Shown: positions 33,361 through 46,086 of the stretch, in pieces
How positions within the stretch are numbered: position 1 is the first letter of the stretch
Layout: every line of letters starts with the position of its first letter
DNA from: Ascoidea asiatica JCM 7603
Taxonomy: Eukaryota > Fungi > Ascomycota
Reading direction: 5' to 3'
DNA: 64,000 nt
Assembly (NCBI GenBank): GCA_001600695.1
Contig: BCKQ01000007.1
Span: 391,183-455,182 of the forward strand
Notes under the pieces: generated by a model
Told to the model about the DNA's origin: nothing
The model's database searches: none
What the model saw: only the letters and a program-made list of their open reading frames with translations
Program-made: the position numbers and the translations under genes

Positions 33361-34355
33361 TCATCGATCAAATTCTGCTTTTATAACTTTGGAAAATGGA
33401 GAAAAATTATGCATAGTTGGTGTATTTGGTAATGAATTATCTGCAACATCTGAATTGGATCCTCGATTTACTAAATGTTGTAATCTTTTTTGCAATTGAG
33501 AATTCAGTAAAGATAATTTTCCAACTTCATTTTCAAGAAATTTTATTCTATCTCCTGCATTTTTAATTTCTTTTTCATTTTTATCTTTCAAATTTCTTAA
33601 AGCTTCTCTTAATGCATTTCTTTGTTCTTCTAAAGAATTTGAATTTTTATTAATAATTTTAATTTTTAATTGTTCATTTTCAAATTTTAATAATTTAATT
33701 TTTTCTAAATTTAAATTTAATTTATTTTGAATTAAATTATTATTACTATTTAACATAACATTCTCATTTTTTAATTTTATAACTTGATTTAATTTTAATT
33801 CTTCATTTTCATTATTCAATTCAGATATTTTAACCATTAATTCTGGTCTTTCAATATTTAAATTCATAATTTTTTCATTTAATTGATTAATAATTTGATT
33901 TTTTTCATTAATTTCATCATTCAATTCACTTCTTTCATATGATTTATTTATATTATTTGGTGGTATTGTTCCATTTTGCCATAATAATACATGTTCTTCA
34001 GAAATATATCTTTTTTTTCTTTCATTATTTAATTCTTCTGAAATTTTACTAATTTCAATAGATTTTTCTCGAATTTTATCTTCATATTCAATTTTTATAC
34101 CCTCAATTTCATTATATTCATTTTTATTTCCTTTTTGATTTCCATTAATATTTTTAGAACTAGTTTGTGATGTATAACCTAATTTACTTTTTCTTAATTC
34201 ATTTTCAAGTTGTAATTCTCTTTTAATACTTTCACTTAATTCTTTACTTAATAATTGAACTTGTCCCATTAATGATGAATTAGCTTCCATTATTCCTAAT
34301 TGATCAACTGTTAACTCCAATGTATCCATAATTATAGATTTTCTATTACTACTAC

Positions 34356-34400
<45 letters not shown>

Positions 34401-35914
34401 TTTGATTATTTCTTTGATTATTGCTTTCATTATGAATATTACTAACATTATTACTATTAAGAATATTAGAATTCTTATAATCATCAATAATATTCTTATC
34501 ATTGGAAATATTCTTATTAGTAAAGTTATTCTTATCAGCCTGTTTACTTGAAATATCACTACCGGAGCTTATACTAATTGCATTATTTCCATAATATGAT
34601 GAAACTTCTGATTTCAGATTATTATGACCATTACTAAAACCATTATCATTATTATCATCTCTATTATTACCTGATCCAGAATTTGGATCAAGAGAATTTG
34701 AAACTTCTTTCAAATTAAAGTTAGAAGTTTGATCTTCATTAGATACTTTACTTATAATCTTATTATAACTAGTATTATCATTTTCACTTAATAATTCCAA
34801 TTCAATTTTATCATTTATTTTATCAAATGTATCTCCAATTGAAAGTGCTGATACTCTTTTATCTGGTTTCAAAATATACTTATTCTTCATTCTATTATTA
34901 TAATCATTAATATTCTCACCTAATCTATCAAATGTTTTAGGTTGTTCAATATTGAAATTATTTGAATTATTTACATTTTCTTCATTATTGTTATTACTAT
35001 TATTATTGATAGATTCTTGATTTCTACTTGGTTTTGGATCCAATGAAACGACTTGAACAGGTGAAGACAATTGCTCAAGTACAAAATTTGAATTTGCATT
35101 TGTATTTGTTCCTGAGTTTGAATTCAAATTTTCTTTTTCAGATTCATTACTTTTCAGTGATGAAGGAGGTGATGCCATATATGGACCAAATATTTTAACT
35201 CCATCGGAATTATTTTTAATATTAGTTTTTTTCTTATTAAATAAACCAATTGGGCTCTTAACAACATTTTGGTCTTCAGATGAATAAATCTTTTCATTTT
35301 TATGATATCTTTCTTCAGTATTTAAAACTTGATTATCATTATTATTTTCTGAATTCGTATTTACTGTAGGACTTGGAGGAACAATTTCAAAAACATTATT
35401 ATTAAGTCGAATTTTTCCATTTTTTTCTAATTCTGTTTCTTTTTTACCTTTATTTTTTTTCCATGACATTTTTTTAAAAAAACCTCCGCTTGGGGTTTTT
35501 TTGCCTTTACTATTACTTTTAGTTAATTCCGAAGAGGAAGTGGAAACTTTTTTGATTTGTAATGGTGAATTACTTACTTTATTACCTCCATTACCACCTG
35601 AAGAAAATGATAATCTTTGAGCATGAAAACCTGACTTTGGAGTTCTTTGGGCATCATCACTATGATTACTAATTCTATTAAAAAAACCTTTAGATTTTCT
35701 TCGAGTTTTATTAATTGGAGAAGCTGAACTTGAAAATGAACCAGGGGTATTAAATGATGAATCAAATTCATCTTGATACGTCACAGGTGTTTTTGCTCTC
35801 AGAGACTCATGCATTTCAGGAGAATTGCTTTCACGATTATAATTATTAGGTCCATCATAGTAATTCAGTTCAGGTTTACTACCATTGATATCCTTTACAA
35901 TATTGCTATTCATA

Positions 35915-36012
<98 letters not shown>

Positions 36013-37880
36013 GAAATTCATACTATTCATATTCATATTATCATTATTTATTTGGTTAGTATTCATATTATTATTAATGGTACTACTCATATTATTATTT
36101 TTATTTGTATTAAAAGTATTGGGATCTTTTTTATTCTGAACAGAAAATTGTGAGGCTGTATAAAAAGCTTCACTGGGTATTGAATCGTCTTCATTTTTTG
36201 AATTACTTCCGAAAGTTGAATAAATTTGATCTGACTTAGCATTATTATAACCAACTATTTCCGAGACTGCTGAATCGTTAGAAAAATGATTTGACAGGGA
36301 GTTTTTGTTTTGAGAATTATCTTTCTCTGCTTCGAATGTGGCTTTTGTAACAAAAGGTATATCAGTGAAAACTTTATCATCGGCAGTTGTATCAAGCTTA
36401 TTATTAAAATCAGAAGATTGTGATCCTAAATTGGTATATAAGTTTTTGTTATTCAAAGGCAGAGGAGGTTTCCTATTTGAGATATTTGTATTGGAAACTT
36501 TTTCTGGTGGAGGTGGTTTTCTTCCTTTTTTACTAGGAGAAGAAGACTGCAGAGCAGTGAGAGCAGTGTCGTTATTGTTTAACAGTGATTGTGGAGATAC
36601 ACCTTTTCCAGAAACACTTGATACTGTAGACTGTGGTGCAGAACTTTCTATATTTCTACCTGATCCAATATTACTTGAATTATCCTCGCTACTTGCACTA
36701 TCATCGAAGTCGAGTTTTTGAACATGAAGATTTACATTTTTATTAAAGTCGATAAAATCAACATTTATTGGACTTTGCAGAATTGGATTATCAGGAGGCA
36801 GAGATGGTAATATCTTCATTTTGATATTTTGATCAGAATATTCGGAAACAGATGATTTAATCGGAGAAAGTTCATATCTAGAAATTTCCTGTTTTTCAGT
36901 TTCATCAGATTCTTGAGTTTTGGTTTGATATTTTGATATTCTAAAATCTACTGGAGTGGTTATCTTCTTGGGTGTTGGTGGAATATATTCAATTTCTTGA
37001 GGTACAACATTATCTGTTCCTGAAGTTTTATCATTGATGAATTGAGGTTTATTAGTATTAGAGCCATCTTGTTGAAAAGAATTTGTTTCAAACTCTGAAA
37101 TAGAAAGTGATTCTTCTTTATGAGTAGGAAGAGATGACCTCTTTTTGGATGGAGATTTAAACCCATTCAGATCAGCTAATTTTCTATTTTCAGGGCTAAA
37201 ATTACTATTATAATTTGATGTTTGAGCTTTTGAGTAGATGGATTCAACTTCATCTATACTTTCCAAACTTTCCTGCATAATTATATTTGTACTACTACCT
37301 GATCTGTTGAAAGAATGCAAGTTGTTAGCACTATTTGAATTATAATTTGGGTTATTATTATAAACATTATTTTGAGGAGCACTTTGGAAGTTATTTTGAG
37401 GAGTATTCTGAAAATTATTTTGAGGAATATTTTGAAAATTATTTTGTGAATTATTTTGCAAATTATTTTGTGAATTATTCTGTAAATTATTCTGTAGATT
37501 ATTCTGTGAATTATTCTGTGAACTTATTGGAGATTGATTTGAGTTATTGAACTGATTATTATATTGATTGAAAGAAGGGGTTGGAACTGTAGCTGGAGCT
37601 TGAGTAAGGGGTGGACTTGTAATTGATGGTAGATTATTCATTGGCTGTTTATTAGGTAACATATTTGAGTTATTCGATTGAATTTGTGAATTATTAATAG
37701 GTTGATGATTTATATTTTCATCGTTTTTAATTTCATTTGATCCTTCTTTATCATTTAATAAAACTTCATTTGATAAACTGGATCTTTGAACAGGTAAATT
37801 GTTTAATTTTGAATTTGATCTTGAACTTATCAAAGGAGGAGATTTTACAGTAGGTTTTTGTTTTTGCTTTTGCTGTTTCA

Positions 37881-37940
<60 letters not shown>

Positions 37941-39216
37941 GAGGAGAAAAATTATTAAAATTCTGTAATTGAGGTGAAGAACGTTGAGGTATCATTCTTC
38001 TTGGATTATTTGTTAAACTCATTGATCTTGGACCATTTTGATTCATATTCATACTATTTGAAGTTAAAGACATTGATCTTGGACCATTTGGATTCATTGG
38101 CATATTCATTTGTTGAAATCTATTTGGAGGTACTTGACCTGGTGGACCCAAGACCATTCTTTGTTGACCTGGTGGACCCTGTGGGCCTGGTGGACCTTTT
38201 TGAAATTGTCTTGGAGGATTACCAAACGGTATTGGAGGTTTCATATTTGGTGGTAATCTTGAAGACATATTAGTTAAAGACATAGATCTTGGACCATTAC
38301 CAGCTTGTTGAGGGTTGAAACCTTGATTTGGAAAAGATCTATAACCACTTGGAGCCATTTGCATTGGATGACCTTGAAATTGAGGATTTGGAGGGACTCC
38401 AGGGGGAACTCCAGGAGGAACTCCAGGAGGAAAATTTTGAGGAGGAGGATATCCATTCATACCCATTCCCATATTCATGTTCATATTTGAAGTTAAAGAC
38501 ATTGCTCTTGGAGGTTGTTGATTTTGTTGTTTAGCCAAATTTCTTAATAATGCTTTTTTTTGATTTGTTTTTGCTTTTCTATAGTCTTTACCTGTTAATT
38601 TATTAGATTGCATATCAGTTTGTAAAGTTGGAATAACAGGAGCAGTATCAGACATTAAAGATGGGTTTCTTAAAGAATTTAAACCAGTAAAACTTATTTC
38701 AGGAGTAGTAGCATAATCAAAATCTTTTCCATCGTCATCATCATCATCTCCGCCGCCACCACCACCACTTTTACCACCTTTTTTGAATTGGTTATGAATT
38801 GGAAAATTGTGATTACCATTGCTAGGATTATGATTTATATGAAATGCATTTCTTATACTTGTAAAAGAACCAGTTCTTGGTTGAGAATTAAAGGAATTAT
38901 TACGTATATTACCAGTTTGAGCTAAGAAATCAGTTGTATTTTGTAAAGATAAAGAAGAAGCATTTGGTAAAGTATTTGATCTTGAGCCTGGATTTAAGAA
39001 TGGTGCCGAACCATTTGGAGAATTGAAACCATTTGGTGGACCTTGATTAAGATATGGTTGTTGTTGTTGAGAAGGTGGAATTACACCCGGAGGATAAAAT
39101 TCACCATGTGTTGTATTTATTGGAGCTTCAAAAGTTAAATCTATATTACTTTCATTTAATAATTTATCTCTTGCAGAAGGTTTTTTCAATCTATGAGATG
39201 AAGGAATTGCATCCAT
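33361..39216 (-). CDS. Large, mostly disordered protein with repeated PR(A/S)MSLT motifs and a C-terminal coiled coil (tentatively Epo1/YMR124W-like)
   Basis: 1951-aa ORF; TAPVIPTL..YRK; four PR(A/S)MSLT repeats; about 300-aa terminal coiled coil. The family assignment is from memory and tentative. Confidence 0.6.
35914..36012 (-). repeat. Coding (AAT)n microsatellite, 33 Asn
   Basis: Near-pure ATT run on the + strand within the 1951-aa ORF. Confidence 0.9.
37882..37941 (-). repeat. Coding (CAA)20 microsatellite, poly-Gln
   Basis: Pure TTG run on the + strand. Confidence 0.9.
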
Positions 39217-41518
39217 GATTATATTAATATATTTTTATCAAATGGAATTTGAATGAAATTTGAAGTATATATTGGAATGTAATGGAGTAAATTGAAATGA
39301 ATTGAAATTTTATTAAATTAAAATGAAATGAATTGAATTGAATTGAGATGAAATGAAGTGAGATGCAATAAGTATATTATAAATGATTAAAATTTCTAAT
39401 GAGATGAATTGTTTTTTTTTTTTTTTTCATTGAATGAAACATATGATATTGATCATAATATCAATAAGATATAATAGTTATGTAAATAAAATAAATGAAA
39501 AATAATATGTGAGTTAAAGAAGAAGAATAGTAATAGTAATAGGAATAGTAATATTATTATTATTATTATTATTCTTATATTAATAGTATGAAACCAAGTT
39601 TACTAGTGTAATAAATAAGCTACTTGTAATACGAGTGTAATGTATTGATATAAATATTACACTGCAGTAGTGGAATTAGTATTGTTATGATGAATAGATT
39701 TTATTAATAGCTACACTAGTCACAGTAGTACTATTATAATTAGTAGATCTTTTACTTGGATAGACTTTTTTCTTAAATTACTTCTTGATATTCCCTTTAG
39801 TTATTAAAATGTTAATAATAATAAAAATAATAATAATAACTACTTTCTTATTTAATAAAGAAGTTATTCAAAGTAATGAAAAAAGAAAAGAGAGAAATAA
39901 AAAGAAGATTCAAGGAGAGTTAAATTTTAAAAAATTGAAAGATTCCGGTAAAAATTTACCAAATTTAAATATCAGTATGAAAAGTTGTAGAAGATGTCAG
40001 AGACGACAATGCTTTTTTTTTAAAATTAATTATCTAAGTTGATTAATTGATTGTCCCTTGGCAAATAAGTGGTATGGGATAATATTAAGACACAATTTTA
40101 CATTAAAAAGCTAATAAAAAAAAAGCTATTTAGAGAAAGTTTTTAAATTTATTGAAAGATCAAATGAAAAATTGAGTGAAACTTGACTTGATATTTTAAT
40201 ATTACTTTATTTTAATAGTAATAGTTAGTTTATTAATTTTAAAATGGTTTATTTTTTTTTGGTAATTTCACTTTATTTGATATTTCACTTTATTTGAGAT
40301 TTATTTCAGTCCAGATTTCACCTGAGATTTCGCTAGAGATTTCACTGCAGACCAAATTTGGACTGAATTTTGAAGAAAAAATGAGAAAAGTGAGCGGTTA
40401 CGTAAGCATACAACACCAGCCACCAAAATCTCCCTAAAAAACCTACAGCAGCTTAATGCATCAAAACACAGATTTAACACAGTACCTTTAGACTGGTCCT
40501 GCGTTGCCAAGGCGGAAACGGAATCTCCGGAAAGATAATTATCAACGTGGCTGGTGAAAATATATTTGACCAGCCACTTTGATGGCTCGGAAGTGTTTTA
40601 GAAAAACTATTTCCTCTTCATGAGACATGAAGAGGATCCAGAAAACTGGTTTCCGAAAACATTGAATCCATTTAATTGGCGCTAGTTTAGCTACAATTGA
40701 ATTAAAATATTATACTGTGGATTGCTTATAAAAGAACCAATCCACAAGACAGATGCATGCACTATATATTTTATGTCCCTGCCCTAAAATAAAAATAAAA
40801 ATAAAAACCCACGGCACGTGAAACTTCAATCTCGCTCACGTGCCGTTTACATCCGCGTGTTCCATTTCTCGTTCCGCAAAACAATCCCAAAACAATCCTA
40901 GAGAAAAAACCAAAAAAAGACCTGAGCCAGAGCCAAAACCACAGCCAAAGGCAAAAAACGTGAGGAAACTGAAAACTGGCGCTGAATTTGAATTCACGCT
41001 TTGATCTTTTCCTGATTTTGTTCACTCTTTCACTTCCAGAGAAGAGAATCCCACCTTTTGAATTCAAAATATAATTTATATCATTATATTACATTTATTT
41101 CACCTATTTTACTTACTTCACTTATTTCAATTATACTTCAATTCTTCTTTTATTTTATATTTTATATATTCATATATTCATATATTATTCAATATATAAT
41201 TCTGTTTATAATTCAATTTATTTTTTAATTATATTCTAAAGATCATAAATTTCCTCCTATATCTATTATTTTGTTTTAGCTTATCTTAAATTCTAAAGGA
41301 TATTTCAATATATAAAATATATTCAAAAAACTTTATCTAAAGATTACATTAAAAATCTTTTCTTAAAAGTTTCATTCAAAAGTTTTATTTACTATTTTTA
41401 TTTAAAAGTTTCATTAAAAAACTTCATTTAATAAGTTTCATTTTTTTTTTTTTTTTTTTTTTATAAATTAATAAATTAATAAATTAATATCAAAATATCA
41501 AAATATATATAATTAATA

Positions 41519-43618
41519 ATGTCTTCAACAACTTCATCTTCTAATTCATCTTCATCAGAACCTTCTTTATCATCCTCATTATCTTCTACTTCTACTTCTA
41601 ATTCTTCTGCTATAACTTCCAATTCAAATTCTCTTGAAAATTCTGATATTATTTCAACTCAATTATTTTGTAAAACTGCAAAAACAATACAGATTATAAA
41701 AACTAATCCAAATTATAATTCAAATATAATTTTAGATAATACAATTTCAAATACAACCAATACAAATAAACAACAACCTTCTTCTTCTTCAACTTTAATA
41801 ATTAGAGCTTCTGCTTATTCTCCAAATGGTTCTTATTTTGCTTATACTCAAGAAAAATCTGTTTATATTATAAATCCATCAAATTTAAAATTATATTTAA
41901 AATTAAATTTTAATAATGATGTTTTTGATATTTCTTTTTCTCCAAAATCAACTTATATTTCAATTTGGGAAAAACCAATAAAAGAATCAATTATTCAAAA
42001 TGATTCAGGTAATTGGTTAAATAATGTTTCAATTTATAATTTAAATTTAAATATAAAAATTGCAAGTTATTTAAATATTAATCAATATGGTTGGAAACCA
42101 CAATTTACTTCTGATGAAAATTTTTTAATAAAATCAAATAATAAATTAAATACTCAAATAAATTTTTATGAATTAAATTTAAATCATAATACAATTTTAA
42201 ATCTTGATAAAAAACCATATGTTTCATTAATTTCAAAAAATAAAATTTCTAATTTTTTAGTTTCTCCTGGTCAAAATCCAACAATTGCAATTTTTTTATC
42301 TGAATTTAATTCAAAACCTGCTTGTGTTAAAATTTTTCAAATTAATAAAAATTTAGATTTTAATAAACCAATTTCTTTTAAAACTTTTTTTAAAGCTGAA
42401 AAATGTCAATTAAAATGGAATTCATTAGGTACTTCTTTATTAGCTTTAGCTTCAACTGATGTTGATTCTTCAAATAAATCTTATTATGGTGAAACAAATT
42501 TATATTTATTAGGTATTGCAGGTTCAACTTCAACAACTTCTTTAAGAATTTCTTTAGATAGAGAAGGTCCAATTCATGATTTTAATTGGTCTCCAAGTTC
42601 AAGAGAATTTGGTGTTATTTATGGTTATATGCCAAGTAAAACTGCATTTTTTGATTCAAGAGGTAATTTATTACATCAATTAAATCAATCACCAAAAAAT
42701 ACAATTTTATTTTCACCTCATGCAAAATTTGTTTTAGTTGCAGGTTTTGGTAATTTACAAGGTACTGTTGATATTTATGATCGTCAACAAAAATTTAAAT
42801 TAATTACAACTTTTAAAGCTGAAAATACTTCAGTTTGTCAATGGTCACCAGATGGTAAATATATTTTAACTGCAACAACTTCACCAAGATTAAGAGTTGA
42901 TAATGGTTTAAAAATTTGGTATGTTAATGGTAAATTAATTTATATAAAAGAATTTAAAGAATTATTATCTGTTAATTGGAGACCACAATCTATTGAATTA
43001 TTTCCACCAATTAAAAAAGTTTTAGAATCTTCAAATATTCCAATTGAAGATGAATCTGTTAAACTTTATCATATTAATCATCCAATTAAAAAACCATCAA
43101 ATGGTAATAATTCTTCAAAACCAAAAGGTGCTTATGTTCCACCTCATGCAAGAAATAATTCAAGTAGATCAACTCCAACATCTTTATATCAAAAAGAATT
43201 AGAAAAAAATTTAAGTAATAGTATTGCTATAAGTAATTTTAAACCAGGACCAAAGAAAATTCCTGGAGCCCCAGAACCTGCAGAATCTAAATCAGCTTCA
43301 AAGAATCGTAGAAGAAGAGAAAGAAAACAGCAACAACAACAACAAGATGATGAAAAATCTAAAACAAGTGCAAGTAATGGAAATAATAATAATAATGATG
43401 ATGAAGAAGAAAGAGATAGTAATGGATTTGTAATTGGAGGAGTTCAATCATTTGAAGAAAAAAAAATTCGTAATTTATTAAAAAAATTAAGAGCTATTGA
43501 AACTTTAAAAATGAAACAAGCAGGTGGTGAAACTTTAGAAGATACACAAGTTTTAAAAATTAAAACAGAAACTAAAGTGAGGGCAGAATTAGAAGAATTT
43601 GGTTGGACAGGAAATTAA
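41519..43618 (+). CDS. Translation initiation factor eIF2A (YGR054W-like)
   Basis: TDVDSSNKSYYGETNLYLL; GPIHDFNWSP; VIYGYMP; AGFGNLQG; ATTSPRLRVDNG; GAYVPPHAR; KKIRNLLKKLRAIE. Confidence 0.92.
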   Translation: MSSTTSSSNSSSSEPSLSSSLSSTSTSNSSAITSNSNSLENSDIISTQLFCKTAKTIQIIKTNPNYNSNIILDNTISNTTNTNKQQPSSSSTLIIRASAYSPNGSYFAYTQEKSVYIINPSNLKLYLKLNFNNDVFDISFSPKSTYISIWEKPIKESIIQNDSGNWLNNVSIYNLNLNIKIASYLNINQYGWKPQFTSDENFLIKSNNKLNTQINFYELNLNHNTILNLDKKPYVSLISKNKISNFLVSPGQNPTIAIFLSEFNSKPACVKIFQINKNLDFNKPISFKTFFKAEKCQLKWNSLGTSLLALASTDVDSSNKSYYGETNLYLLGIAGSTSTTSLRISLDREGPIHDFNWSPSSREFGVIYGYMPSKTAFFDSRGNLLHQLNQSPKNTILFSPHAKFVLVAGFGNLQGTVDIYDRQQKFKLITTFKAENTSVCQWSPDGKYILTATTSPRLRVDNGLKIWYVNGKLIYIKEFKELLSVNWRPQSIELFPPIKKVLESSNIPIEDESVKLYHINHPIKKPSNGNNSSKPKGAYVPPHARNNSSRSTPTSLYQKELEKNLSNSIAISNFKPGPKKIPGAPEPAESKSASKNRRRRERKQQQQQQDDEKSKTSASNGNNNNNDDEEERDSNGFVIGGVQSFEEKKIRNLLKKLRAIETLKMKQAGGETLEDTQVLKIKTETKVRAELEEFGWTGN

Positions 43619-44165
43619 TTGAATTATTTATTCATTATTTGATTTAATCTAATCTTTTAATTCATTCATACATATAACCTATATACATTCTGTATATATA
43701 TATAATTATTCTATATCATTAATTTAGTCATTCTTTAGTCATTTTTTTATTTTGTTATCTGTTTAAATGTTGTTATTTTTATAAATTTTTATCAATTTTT
43801 ATCAATTTTTATCAATTTTAAAAATTTTATAGTCATTTTTTCATTTTATTTAGATTTTTATGATTAATTCATTTCTCTTTTTTAAAATTTCATTTTTATT
43901 AGGATATTGATTTCTTTAAAAAAAAAAAAGGGGAAAAATGAGAATATTCAATAACAATAGCTATTCATCTGAGATTCAAATTCCGTTTGTAATCCATATT
44001 ATCGAATAGTCAATCGTATTTATCATTAATAATAGATGATTTGATCTCTAACCAGAGTAAAGTAACTTTATGATTATTTTTGAATTCCAAATTGGGAAGT
44101 TTTAAAATTGATTTGTATCATTTACCACATTAATTTAATCAATGATCAAAATTGAAATTTCAAAC

Positions 44166-44184
44166 CCACAAAAGTGGTCTCAGT
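44166..44184 (+). repeat. Dispersed 19-bp element, copy B
   Basis: CCACAAAAGTGGTCTCAGT, an exact inverted match to 21733-21751. Confidence 0.85.
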
Positions 44185-44204
44185 AATTTATTTATTAAAT
44201 TATA

Positions 44205-44329
44205 CCGGGTAACCAGTAGTGTTTTTGCTTTTAACTGTTTTGGGCCGTGTTGTGACTGCGATATTTAATAGTTGCGTATATCTTGTTCTGTAAGCGTAAT
44301 CATAAGACCATTATATATTTATCACGTGA
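44205..44329. promoter_or_regulatory. RPL26 promoter: Reb1-type and Cbf1-type sites
   Basis: CCGGGTAA at 44205-44212; TCACGTGA at 44322-44329. Confidence 0.5.
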
Positions 44330-44648
44330 AGAGCACAAACTCTCACGATGAAGTTGCTTTTTGTTTGTTCGGCTGACTACGCGGGCAGAGCTTCTTTTAG
44401 CTGTTCTGCTTACGCTCTGATTACGTGATTGCTTTCTGAACCTTTTCAAGGAAGAGTTTTATTCCAGTGAATATTGAATATGGAATATTGAGCATTGAAT
44501 ATGGAAGAGTGAATGAAGGTGGAATATGAAATATTGAATATTGGATATTGGATATTGAATATATTAAAGAATTTATGATAAATTTTGAATTTTAACACCA
44601 AATAATAACAGTGATAATAATAATAATAATAATAATAATATACTAAAA

Positions 44649-45618
44649 ATGAAGATCAGTCAAGGTATGTTGAATTATAAAAAATGTGAATGATAGAATT
44701 AAAATAGGTCATATTCTAAAGATATATTATATTCAAATTAAAAAATTAAATAATGAGAAATGTAGAAGAAATTAAAGGAATTTATATTAAGTTAATAAGA
44801 AAAGTTATTTGGATTTTTCAATTTTAAATTTATCTTCTAATGAAAATGAATCAAAAGTTTTCAGGACTGTATTTAAAAGCACTATATAATAAATCGAAAA
44901 GGAAATTGAAAAAGTACCATTCGAAATCTTAAATGGATATAAAGTTCTTGAAGTTTTTTCAAAATTGGCTATTGATTTGAAACTTATCAATAATAGGTTA
45001 TCAAAAATGTTAAATTAATCATATTTCAAGTTCTTTTCGAATTTCTTTTAGAGATTTCATAAAAATAATGAATACATTATTACTAAACAATACAAAGAAT
45101 CATTATAAGAACTACAGGAATATTAATATGAATTAAAATATCATAATACCTTTTTACATACTCTTTCAATGACATTCATTTCAAATAATTAATAAAATCT
45201 CATCAAAAACTAACAATTTTTTTTTTTTTTTTTCCAATTTTTTATTAAAATAGACGTTTCAAGTTCTAGAAGAAAAGCTAGAAAAGCTTATTTCACAGCA
45301 CCATCTTCAATTAGAAGAAAATTATTATCTGCTCCATTATCAAAAGAATTACGTGAAGAATATGGTATTAAATCTTTACCAATTAGAAAAGATGATGAAG
45401 TTAAAGTTGTTAGAGGTTCAAAAAAAGGTCAAGAAGGTAAAATTTCTTCAGTTTATAGATTAAAATTTGGTGTTCAAATTACTAAATTAACAAGAGAAAA
45501 AGCAAATGGTGCTTCTGTTCCATTAAATATTCATCCTTCAAAAGTTGTTATTACTAAATTACATTTAGATAAAGATAGAAAAGCTTTAATTGTTAAAAAA
45601 GGTGGTAAATCTGAATAA
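44649..45618 (+). CDS. RPL26: 60S ribosomal protein L26 (uL24), 2 exons: 44649-44664 and 45254-45618
   Basis: Exon 1 ATGAAGATCAGTCAAG|GTATGT; acceptor TAG at 45253. The spliced product is [64 protein letters not shown] (126 aa). Confidence 0.95.
44665..45253 (+). other. Spliceosomal intron of RPL26 (589 nt)
   Basis: GTATGT donor; AACTAAC branch point at 45208-45214; poly-T tract; TAG acceptor. Confidence 0.92.
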
Positions 45619-46086
45619 ATATTAAATTATTAAATAATTATTAACTAATCAATCAAATAAATCAATTTTTATATCTATTTGTAGTTAAATAAAATAAAAT
45701 AAAATCTTATTTATTGAAAATAAATGTAATAATGTATTCTAATTTCAAGTTCTTTTTTAATCTAAAATACTAATTTGTAAGTCTTTCTTTCAACTCTTGA
45801 TCATTTCTACATTATTTTGATAATTATAGTACATTTATTTAAAATTATTTATTTTTTAAACAGAAAAAGAGAAAAAAGAAAATAAAAAATGATTGAAAAA
45901 CAAAAATAAAAAAAACTTAATGAAATAAATAATAAAAAATGTTTAAAAAGTATATGAAAATGTATTTTATTGTAATTTACTGTATTTGAATGAAATGAAA
46001 TGTTTTTCCCACTTTGTTTTGTTTCATTTTGTTTATATGATAATTGATATGCTATAGAAATTGATTTTTTAATAAAATATTTAAAA

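Noticed and set aside
35773-36153. Poly-Ile/poly-Leu ORFs resembling membrane peptides
   Set aside because: Antisense shadows of the (AAT)n Asn tract; the same applies to similar short ORFs throughout the window.
42979-42986. GAGACCAC partial match to the 19-bp element
   Set aside because: Only 8 bp, and inside the eIF2A coding sequence (WRPQ); coincidental.
44665-45253. Intron-encoded snoRNA in RPL26
   Set aside because: No convincing C/D box pair or H/ACA hairpins seen.
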